Part shown: piece after piece, positions 8,312-15,624 of the stretch
How the letters are laid out: each line of letters starts with the position of its first letter
How positions within the stretch are numbered: the stretch's first letter is position 1
Translations under genes and position numbers: made by a program
From: Candidatus Micrarchaeaceae archaeon
Lineage (GTDB): Archaea; Micrarchaeota; Micrarchaeia; Micrarchaeales; Micrarchaeaceae
Assembly: GCA_050013715.1 (NCBI GenBank)
Contig: JBEKES010000015.1
Location: forward strand, 1-18,843
Direction: 5' to 3'
Length of the DNA: 18,843 nucleotides
Notes under the pieces: model-generated
What the model was told of the DNA's origin: nothing
Seen by the model: only the letters and a program-made list of their open reading frames with translations
Database searches by the model: none

Positions 8312-8836
8312 TTGGGCTACGACAGTTTTTACAAACGGGACAAGACAGAGGAAATTGCATCTAAGCCAAAGGTAAAGCAGACGCCCGTAAGCCTTGGAGA
8401 GCCTTTGTCACTCTGGATAGGATTGCTTATTCTTGCCACTTTGATAGAATTAGTGGTAATACCATTTGCAAAGATATACGGACATACGGGATTGAACGTT
8501 TACCTTGCAGCAGTTGCAGGAGGCCTGCTCTATATTCCTGGAATCTTTATTCTGCCCTTAGTAATATCATTATGGGTTGGAGATAGGGTAAGCAATTCTG
8601 GTGTCGGCAAGCTTAACGTAATGGTAAAGGGCTTCGTGAATGCAATTTACTGCGCAATAGTCTACGTAATAGCAATATTCATAATCTACATAATAATGAC
8701 CATGCAGAATTCAGGAACTCTTGCAACTCTTAACATGATGACATTCATAGAATACTTGATAGCAATACCTGTTCTTATTCTGATAGTAATAATGCCGCTG
8801 TTCGCGCTTATCTCGCTCACAAGGCATGAAGTATAA
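8312..8836 (+). CDS. hypothetical 4-TM membrane protein
   Basis: Four hydrophobic segments. TTG at 8312 is preceded by GGTG (8303-8306), more plausible than the track start 8279. Confidence 0.7.
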   Translation: MGYDSFYKRDKTEEIASKPKVKQTPVSLGEPLSLWIGLLILATLIELVVIPFAKIYGHTGLNVYLAAVAGGLLYIPGIFILPLVISLWVGDRVSNSGVGKLNVMVKGFVNAIYCAIVYVIAIFIIYIIMTMQNSGTLATLNMMTFIEYLIAIPVLILIVIMPLFALISLTRHEV

Positions 8837-8839
8837 TCA

Positions 8840-10009
8840 TTATTTCGCAGCGCTTACTATCCTTATTACGTCGTTGTCCTTGAGCACATAGTCCTTGCTC
8901 AGTCTTTTCTTGTTTCTCGCATCAACTGCATAGAGCATGTTTTTTGCAATATCAGTGTGTATCGTTCCTGCAAGATCCAGAGCCGTAGAGCCCTTTTTCA
9001 TGAGAACTGCATCAGGCAGAACATTGCCAAAATGATCAGTATACTTATTCTCATCTTCTACAGGATACACGACTATATTATCGAGAAGCCCGAAAATTAC
9101 TTTGTTTGAAATGCTCTGCGAATTGTTGCTTTTTTTAATAAACTCAAGCATGTAATTGAGCGCGTTTATTTGCTCTTTCGTCATATTTTCGTTGATTATT
9201 TTGAAGGTATTGGAACCTGGAATGTATTCTATTAATTGTTGCTTGTCTGCTTTCCTTAGTGCGAGCTCTATTGCAGCAGATATGCCAATCACATTATCTG
9301 AACCGAATTTTGACTTCAATTCAATTAAATTCTTATCGGAGCTTTTCGCATCGCACTTGTTTGCAACTATAAGCATTGGCTTGCTTTTTTTGAGTATTTC
9401 CTCAGAGAATCTTTTCAGTTCCGATTTGGACCAGGTTATCTTCACTTCTGAAAGGCTTGAATTGTATATTACTTCCTTTATTTCCTCCTTGCTGATTTTC
9501 AAGCCAGTAAGAATCTCTGCAAGAGCATTTATTCCATCTGCTCTTTTTGACAGTTGAGACATGTGTTTTTTTACTATTGATGAAATCCATTCCACAAGTT
9601 CGTTCCTTACTACGTTTACGTCATCTTCAGGATTGCACGACTCGCAGGAATTTCCATTGGAATCGGTTTTGCCGCTTGCATCGACAACAAGAACAAGCGC
9701 ATCGGCACCTGCAAGATCATTCAGGAATTGGTTTCCTCTGCCTTTTCCTTCATGGGCACCTTCCACAAGTCCGGCAACATCCACGATATTTATAGGAATC
9801 TGCCTTAGCCCGTTTATACATAGGGAATTCCTTGCATTGCATTTCACACCTAGATCTTTCTCAGCACATTCCTTTGTTGCATAGGTCACGCCAAGATTAG
9901 GGTTTATTGTAGTGAAAGGATAATCTGCTATGTCAACTTCATTTAGCGTAAGTGCGGAAAAAAGTGTACTCTTCCCCTTGTTTGGTGCACCGACAATTCC
10001 TATTAACAT
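8840..10009 (-). CDS. ychF: archaeal YchF/OBG-family P-loop NTPase with TGS domain
   Basis: GAPNKGKST, DYPFTTINPN, DVAGLVEGAHEGKGRGNQFL, NKCD and C-terminal TGS (STALDLAGTIHTD). Confidence 0.93.
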   Translation of the reverse strand: MLIGIVGAPNKGKSTLFSALTLNEVDIADYPFTTINPNLGVTYATKECAEKDLGVKCNARNSLCINGLRQIPINIVDVAGLVEGAHEGKGRGNQFLNDLAGADALVLVVDASGKTDSNGNSCESCNPEDDVNVVRNELVEWISSIVKKHMSQLSKRADGINALAEILTGLKISKEEIKEVIYNSSLSEVKITWSKSELKRFSEEILKKSKPMLIVANKCDAKSSDKNLIELKSKFGSDNVIGISAAIELALRKADKQQLIEYIPGSNTFKIINENMTKEQINALNYMLEFIKKSNNSQSISNKVIFGLLDNIVVYPVEDENKYTDHFGNVLPDAVLMKKGSTALDLAGTIHTDIAKNMLYAVDARNKKRLSKDYVLKDNDVIRIVSAAK

Positions 10010-10018
10010 GATATCACT

Positions 10019-11347
10019 TTATTTGAAGAGCTTTATCCTTATGACTTTCTTGTCTTCAATCTCTCTCAATGCATAGTATATGATTATCAATGATATAATA
10101 AGTATCATTCCAATCAGTAATGCCTCTTTTGGGAGCCCGATGAGGAATGCCATGAGCGCAACTATTGCAATAAGCGGAAGGTAAGGATAGAAAGGAGTTT
10201 TGAAGCTTGGGTTCGCCTTCTTCCTGCTCCTGAAATGAAGCACCGCAAAGCTTGACATTAGATAAGAGAACAGCAAACCGAAGTTGCTTATTGCTGCTAT
10301 TACGTATATGTTACCTGCAAAAAGCATTATGATTCCGATTACTGCCGATAATATAATCCCGTTGATGGCAACGTCGCGCTTCTTGTTGTATTCCCTTGTG
10401 ATTTTGGGGAGTAGGCCATCAGCACTTATTTGATAGACCATTCTTGAGGAGCTTAGTATGTCAGTTAATGTTGCAGATGCAGTTGCGATCAATGCGCCCA
10501 CGCCTACCAGCAGGAACAGCCATATGGGAGCATTGGCGCTTTTCAAAGCGCTGGAGAGAGGATCACCTGAAATCGTATAGCTCGATGCAGGATGCAACAA
10601 CAGAAGCACAAATACAATAAGCGAGTAAAGGATTATGCTTATAACAATTGAATATAGTATTGCTTTGGCAGCACCTGCGGCTCCTCCCTTGACTTTCCTG
10701 GTAAATGTAGCTATTGACTGGAAGCCGGAATAGGCGAAGAATATTACAACGCTTGCGGCAAATATTGCGCCAAGTCCGTTAGAAGCCGGCTGCACGCTTG
10801 AAAAATTCGTAAAGAATGGTTGCTTTGCACTTGCAACGACGAATATGACAAACGCAACGAAGATTACAAGAATTCCAATCTTTACTATTACGAGCACGGA
10901 ATCTGCTCTGGCCGCTTTTCTCATGCCCATTATGTTGACCAACGCAAGTACAAAGATCAACCCTATTGCAAATGCTATGGGATAAAATGCTGCCGTTATG
11001 CCTATGGTGCTGGCAAGGTACGAGCCGAAGCCCAGCGCAACTACGGATATGGAAGTTGCATAGCTGAAATAGAGAAGTATTCCTGTAATGAAGCCGAGCT
11101 CGCTGCCGAATGCCTTGTATGTATAGGAATAGGATGCACCTTTCACATTGGGCATAAGTGAACCCAGCTCTCCCAGCTCGAGTCCGACTATGAGCGCAAC
11201 TATCCCTACAATTATAAATGCAATGAGCGCATTGCGCCCGGCAAGAGCTATTGCCGTTCCGCTAAGTACGAATATGCCAGCGCCTATTATTGCACCAAGT
11301 CCCACTGCGGTTGCAACTAGAACGCTTATTTTGCTCTTATCGGCCAG
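10019..11347 (-). CDS. APC-family amino acid permease
   Basis: GAIIGAGIF (TM1), GASYSY..AFG, FFAYSGF (TM6), SRMVY..DGLLP, FKTPFYP and about 12 TMs. Start uncertain (CTG 11347 or TTG 11371); the track start overlaps tRNA-Leu. Confidence 0.9.
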   Translation of the reverse strand: MADKSKISVLVATAVGLGAIIGAGIFVLSGTAIALAGRNALIAFIIVGIVALIVGLELGELGSLMPNVKGASYSYTYKAFGSELGFITGILLYFSYATSISVVALGFGSYLASTIGITAAFYPIAFAIGLIFVLALVNIMGMRKAARADSVLVIVKIGILVIFVAFVIFVVASAKQPFFTNFSSVQPASNGLGAIFAASVVIFFAYSGFQSIATFTRKVKGGAAGAAKAILYSIVISIILYSLIVFVLLLLHPASSYTISGDPLSSALKSANAPIWLFLLVGVGALIATASATLTDILSSSRMVYQISADGLLPKITREYNKKRDVAINGIILSAVIGIIMLFAGNIYVIAAISNFGLLFSYLMSSFAVLHFRSRKKANPSFKTPFYPYLPLIAIVALMAFLIGLPKEALLIGMILIISLIIIYYALREIEDKKVIRIKLFK

Positions 11348-11410
11348 TAAATCACAAATACCTATTAACAATATCCTATTAAATAACAAAACAACATTAA
11401 TAGATTTAAT

Positions 11411-11496
11411 GCAGGGATAGCAAAGCTTGGCCAAATGCGCTGGGTTCAGGGCTCAGTCCCTTAGCGGGTTCGAGAGTTCAAATCTCTCTCCCTGCA
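11411..11496 (+). tRNA. tRNA-Leu(CAG)
   Basis: Acceptor GCAGGGA/TCCCTGC + A73, anticodon arm CTGGG-TTCAGGG-CTCAG, long variable arm CCC..GGG, T-arm GAGAG-TTCAAAT-CTCTC. Confidence 0.96.
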
Positions 11497-11524
11497 TTTA
11501 ACTTTTATAGAATAAAAAGTTAAA
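11497..11524 (+). terminator. AT-rich inverted repeat / T-tract immediately after tRNA-Leu
   Basis: TTTAACTTTT (11497-11506) and AAAAGTTAAA (11515-11524) are perfect reverse complements. Confidence 0.4.
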
Positions 11525-11573
11525 ATCTGTTCCTAATTTAGGATCGAATTTCTGATGATCTACTACAAAGCTT

Positions 11574-11597
11574 TTTATATATGTATGTGCATATATA
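11574..11597 (+). promoter_or_regulatory. TATA box and overlapping palindromic operator of vapBC
   Basis: TTTATATA at 11574-11581, ~25 nt before ATG 11602. Inverted repeat TATATATG-N6-CATATATA at 11576-11597. Confidence 0.55.
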
Positions 11598-11601
11598 TAC
11601 T

Positions 11602-11838
11602 ATGACGAAAATAATATCCCTCACAAATGAAGTCTATGATAAATTAAAGAAATTGAAAAAGAATAAATCTTTCTCAAAGCAGATAAACGAATTGCTGGAG
11701 AGGTCTAATTTGAAAGGAGACATAAATGAAATTTTAAAGTATTCTGGTGTATGGACCAAAGAAGAGGGTAAAAAATTCCAAGAGGAAATTTCAAGAAGCA
11801 GGAAGAAGGCAAAACCAAGGTTTTTTGATGTTGCTTGA
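11602..11838 (+). CDS. vapB: VapB-type antitoxin (DUF217/VAPB_antitox-like)
   Basis: MTKIISLTNEVYDKLKKLK..KSFS..I.ELL matches archaeal antitoxin N-termini. 78 aa, overlapping the PIN gene. Confidence 0.88.
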   Translation: MTKIISLTNEVYDKLKKLKKNKSFSKQINELLERSNLKGDINEILKYSGVWTKEEGKKFQEEISRSRKKAKPRFFDVA

Positions 11839-12184
11839 CACAAGTATATTGATAGACATCCTAGATGGCAATAGCACGATAAAAAGTAATTTAAAGCAAT
11901 TAAATGAAAGGTCCTTCACGTCTGTTATAAGTAAATATGAACTATTAAAAGCACCAAAGGAGGAAGATGTAAAATTTCTTCTTAATACAATGGAAATCTA
12001 TGATTTTGAAGAACGTGCTGCAGAGAGATCTGCTAGAATATTCAAAGATTTAAAAAAGAAAGGTAAGATGATAAACGAACTTGATATTCTGATAGCAGCA
12101 ATAGCAATAGCAAATGATGAGTTGTTAGTCACAAGAGATAATGATTTCAAAAATATAGAGCAACTCAGGCTTCTGGTTCTCTAA
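11828..12184 (+). CDS. vapC: VapC PIN-domain ribonuclease toxin
   Basis: MLLDTSILID, SVISKYEL, ELDILIAAIA and LVTRDNDF contain the acidic PIN residues. True start ATG 11828 overlaps the antitoxin end. Confidence 0.93.
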   Translation: MLLDTSILIDILDGNSTIKSNLKQLNERSFTSVISKYELLKAPKEEDVKFLLNTMEIYDFEERAAERSARIFKDLKKKGKMINELDILIAAIAIANDELLVTRDNDFKNIEQLRLLVL

Positions 12185-12188
12185 AAGC

Positions 12189-12213
12189 TTCGAGATTTCA
12201 AATCTTTCTCTGC
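12189..12213 (+). repeat. degenerate direct repeat of the tRNA-Leu 3' end (att-like)
   Basis: TTCGAGATTTCAAATCTTTCTC vs tRNA 11469-11490 TTCGAGAGTTCAAATCTCTCTC (20/22), followed by TGC as in the tRNA after a 2-nt gap. Confidence 0.8.
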
Positions 12214-12272
12214 GCTAAGGAAGATTTATATATTAAGATAATAAGAGATTAAATTATAGGGTTAGTGATAAA

Positions 12273-12833
12273 ATGGCTCGTAAAGAATCAAAATCTAAAC
12301 GTAGGCAAAATGCGGCAGCCATCACAGGTTGCAGTACAAACTTTCCTTGTATCAGAAAAGATAGTACTAAGACTACCACATTTCCACCATTAGAGGTGTT
12401 TAGAACATTAATGAATAATAAGAATAGGACAGACTATGAAATTGCCAGAGATCTCAAGGATCAATATCATGGTGATACAAACACTGAAGTAAGGAAAATT
12501 ATTGAAGTTACTTATGATGAGTTAATGAAATTAGGAGCTCAGAGCACATTTGAAGCACATCACTACAAGAATGCCACTGAATTAGCTATTGACGATATTA
12601 GGATACTTGGTAAAGCCAAACTCTTAAGTGCATTTAAAATGGCACGTATATTTTGTTGTGACAATTATAGTATTCAGGGGTATTGGCTTAGTATGATTTT
12701 AAAGGAATTGGAAAGTGTTCTTGATCCAGAAGAACACGCCAGACTTAAAGCCAGTACAGACAGAGTAATGATTAGAAGGATGAAGAGAATAGAACTTGAA
12801 GATGAAGAGTACGAAAGCCAGATATCTAAATAA
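12273..12833 (+). CDS. hypothetical protein
   Basis: 186-aa ORF with TTTATATA at ~12225 and GTGAT RBS. No recognised family. Confidence 0.7.
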   Translation: MARKESKSKRRQNAAAITGCSTNFPCIRKDSTKTTTFPPLEVFRTLMNNKNRTDYEIARDLKDQYHGDTNTEVRKIIEVTYDELMKLGAQSTFEAHHYKNATELAIDDIRILGKAKLLSAFKMARIFCCDNYSIQGYWLSMILKELESVLDPEEHARLKASTDRVMIRRMKRIELEDEEYESQISK

Positions 12834-12886
12834 CAAGATAACATTAATAGATTTAATGTAGATATAGCAAAGTTCGGTCAACTGCG
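12828..12886 (+). repeat. degenerate direct repeat of the tRNA-Leu upstream region and 5' portion (pseudo-tRNA fragment)
   Basis: 50/59 ungapped identity to 11381-11439, including the exact 19-mer AACATTAATAGATTTAATG. Confidence 0.88.
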
Positions 12887-13028
12887 ACTAGTAGTTTAAC
12901 AGGCGCAATTGCTGAAAGCTTATGCTTTATATATCGATTGTAAAAAAGAAAAAATATCAATATCAACGATAACGCTGATAAAAATATCAGTTTTTATGAT
13001 ATTGATACGAATGCAGTGCTTTGATATT

Positions 13029-13328
13029 TTATGGTGTAGTTATATTCACTGACGATGTCGAATTTGTCAGATTGAAAATTTCTTCTGTTGGATTTGGCTG
13101 TGAATTATTCAATACCTGAATATATATCGAACTTCCATTTTCAATTATCTTCACACTTGCACCTGACTGATTGTAGTAGGTCACATTTATTGGATGTAAT
13201 ATCGGACACTGGTTCTGCGGACACTGCGAAGGTACCACAGCTAGATTTGAATTTGTGTATGTTACTGCACCTGCTAATGTCAAAACTGACATTGAAAGAA
13301 TCAAGCCGATTATTATTTGCTTGTTCAT
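13029..13328 (-). CDS. small secreted/surface protein
   Basis: Signal peptide-like N-terminus, CPQNQCP motif and 7 N-x-S/T sequons in 99 aa. Confidence 0.7.
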   Translation of the reverse strand: MNKQIIIGLILSMSVLTLAGAVTYTNSNLAVVPSQCPQNQCPILHPINVTYYNQSGASVKIIENGSSIYIQVLNNSQPNPTEEIFNLTNSTSSVNITTP

Positions 13329-13429
13329 AGACTCACATTTATTATTATTGAATACAAAAGATTATAAATATGATTGAATAGGAAAATAAATTTCAATAAA
13401 AAGGGGAAACAAGCAAGTATCAAAAATGA

Positions 13430-14203
13430 TCATTCTATTCGGAAATTCCCCACAGGAAGCTGCCTCATTATCGTATCCATGTCAGAGTAACTAAGTTTTG
13501 ACGAGACCTTTTTTGCAGCATCCGATTTTTTGAAGTTGCCTATTGCTATCTTCACGTGCAATAGCTTATCATTTCCTATTTTTTGATATGAAACAGACGG
13601 TACTGTATTCAACTTGTCATCTTTTATGAACATTACCAAAGATAATGCAACATTTCTATACCATTCACGCTCACCTGTCATCAAAAAGCTCCCTGTTCCC
13701 AATGAGCCTTTGCTGCTGGATTTGCTTACCTGATTTCTTCGCATTGCATATACATCCACGCTGTGCATGCCCTCTTTCCATGCACTGGAATAGCATGCTG
13801 CAAACGCTGCCACTTCTTCCTTTATTTCATTTCCTGCATTTGCACCTTCTTTCAATATAACTACAGAAGCACCAAATATGTCAGCATGGAAAAACAGGTC
13901 ATTGTCATCAAAATGTTTTGAGTTTATCAGTTCATTCTGGTGTGCATCCCTGCCGCCTATTGCAAGCAGATTATTGCTAGTGCAGAACCAGTGGAATTTC
14001 TCGTACCATTCCTGCTTTGCTGATTTTATTATTTTCCTGTCTGGTTTCTTCTCTATTGTGTGCATTTTTGATAGCTTCTTCTCCAGGTCTTTTATTGCTT
14101 TTTCAGAGCCCTCTTTCTTCTGGAGAAGTTTCTTTGATTTGTTGAAGTAGTTGTTTGCGTTATCCTGTGCAGACTTGGTGAAGTCTATTTCTATTTCCAT
14201 CAT
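13430..14203 (-). CDS. NFACT RNA-binding (NFACT-R/DUF814) domain protein; short RqcH/NEMF-like
   Basis: SAQDNANNYFNKSKK coiled coil, WYEKFHWF, GGRDAHQNE, FFHADIFGA, QVSK and GSFLMTGERE motifs. Confidence 0.9.
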   Translation of the reverse strand: MMEIEIDFTKSAQDNANNYFNKSKKLLQKKEGSEKAIKDLEKKLSKMHTIEKKPDRKIIKSAKQEWYEKFHWFCTSNNLLAIGGRDAHQNELINSKHFDDNDLFFHADIFGASVVILKEGANAGNEIKEEVAAFAACYSSAWKEGMHSVDVYAMRRNQVSKSSSKGSLGTGSFLMTGEREWYRNVALSLVMFIKDDKLNTVPSVSYQKIGNDKLLHVKIAIGNFKKSDAAKKVSSKLSYSDMDTIMRQLPVGNFRIE

Positions 14204-14397
14204 ATCAGTGACAATGAGCCAGTTATTATAAGCGAGATTATTATTGCAATTATGAAGCCTATTGTGCCTATGAGCAATATGCCGAATATTATCAATCGTG
14301 CGCTTCTGTTGTATTCCTCACGCGTTGGCTTGTAGCTTATGCTTATGACGTGCCTTGAATCATCTATGAATTTCTTCAATTTGCTTGTAATGCTCAT
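14200..14397 (-). CDS. secE: protein translocase subunit SecE / Sec61gamma
   Basis: KPTREEY motif followed by TM helix GILLIGTIGFII; 65 aa. Confidence 0.93.
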   Translation of the reverse strand: MSITSKLKKFIDDSRHVISISYKPTREEYNRSARLIIFGILLIGTIGFIIAIIISLIITGSLSLI

Positions 14398-14479
14398 TGG
14401 AACACTTGCGTTATGTAATTATATACATATAACTTAAATAATAGGAACTAGATATTTATATTGCTTTTTGTTGGTATTC

Positions 14480-15622
14480 ATGGTAAAATATGAAGGAATA
14501 ATAGTCCATTTCGGCGAACTGTGGCTTAAGGGAAGGAACAGGCACACCTTTGTCCAGAGGCTTTATTCCAATATCAAATATGCTCTAAAAGACGAAGATT
14601 ACCTAAAAATCGAGAACCTTAGGGACAGATTTCTAATTGTTCTTGACAAAAAATCAAACCTAGAAAGCATCGAGAAGAGCCTTTCAAGTGTTTTCGGTAT
14701 TAGCTGGTTCGCACCAGTAGTAACCTGCGACAACAAACTAGATGAGATACTCAAAACATCCAACAAGCTATTGACCAAAAAAGAAACTGTGCGCATAGTT
14801 CCCCACAGGTCCATGAAGAATTTGGATTTCGATTCCTCTGACATAGTAAGCTACTTCATCAAAAATTCAAAGAAGCTAAAATTTGAAATAGACAAGGATT
14901 CTGAAAAGGATTTGTTCATAAACATTGCCAGGAACAATGCATTTTTGTACAAAGAGAAAATACAGGGGCCAAAGGGACTTCCAGTGGGTACTTCGGGCAA
15001 TGCAGTAATTCTCCTTTCAGGAGGCATAGATTCTCCGGTTGCTTCATATTATGCGATGAAGCGCGGATTGAACCCCATATATATGCATGTCCACGCATTC
15101 AACAGCAACAACGACGAGAAGCTTTCAAAGATTAAGGATCTTACAGAATTGCTTTCAAATTATTCGTGCAATTCGAAAATATATTATATTCCAGGGCATG
15201 TTTTCCAGGCATCTGCAATGAAGATGCCTAAAAAATATGAATTGGTGCTTTTCAAATTCTTTCTTTACAAGCTTGCGGAGCAGATAGCATTAAAGGAAGA
15301 TGCCGATTGCATAGTAAGCGGTGAGAGTCTCGGACAAGTTGCTTCGCAGACATTGAGCAATCTGAAGGCATCGGAATATTCGATAAAGCAATTCATAATG
15401 AGGCCGCTTATCGGATTGGATAAGCAGGAGATAATAAACGTTGCAAAAACCATAGGGACTTTCGACATATCGATAAGAAGCTACAGGGACGTTTGCTCAA
15501 TAGCAGCTAAAAATCCTGCAACCAAAAGCACCCCACAGATAATAGCAAAGTTATGGAAAGATGCATCGATGAAAAACGCGCTGGAAACAACAATGAAAAA
15601 GAAAAAAGTAATAGATATTTAA
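14480..15622 (+). CDS. thiI: tRNA 4-thiouridine(8) synthase ThiI
   Basis: HFGELWLKGRNR, GPKGLPVGTSG, PP-loop SGGIDS, GESLGQVASQT and RPLIGLDKQEII motifs. ATG at 14480. Confidence 0.95.
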   Translation: MVKYEGIIVHFGELWLKGRNRHTFVQRLYSNIKYALKDEDYLKIENLRDRFLIVLDKKSNLESIEKSLSSVFGISWFAPVVTCDNKLDEILKTSNKLLTKKETVRIVPHRSMKNLDFDSSDIVSYFIKNSKKLKFEIDKDSEKDLFINIARNNAFLYKEKIQGPKGLPVGTSGNAVILLSGGIDSPVASYYAMKRGLNPIYMHVHAFNSNNDEKLSKIKDLTELLSNYSCNSKIYYIPGHVFQASAMKMPKKYELVLFKFFLYKLAEQIALKEDADCIVSGESLGQVASQTLSNLKASEYSIKQFIMRPLIGLDKQEIINVAKTIGTFDISIRSYRDVCSIAAKNPATKSTPQIIAKLWKDASMKNALETTMKKKKVIDI

Positions 15623-15624
15623 TT

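Noticed and set aside
11372..11434. ORF-track N-terminal extension of the APC permease
   Set aside because: It overlaps tRNA-Leu and its promoter and is not APC-like.
11531..11556. TCCTAA-T-TTAGGA hairpin and GGATCGAAT T-loop-like word
   Set aside because: Too short and too divergent from the tRNA to call a further fragment.
11747..11827. 27-aa extension of VapC in the ORF track
   Set aside because: It overlaps vapB; PIN domains begin at the xxxDT motif (ATG 11828).
12699..12881. 60-aa minus-strand ORF resembling the APC extension (LCY..IKSINV.LLF)
   Set aside because: The similarity is a by-product of the duplicated tRNA upstream/5' DNA, and the ORF is antisense to a longer one.
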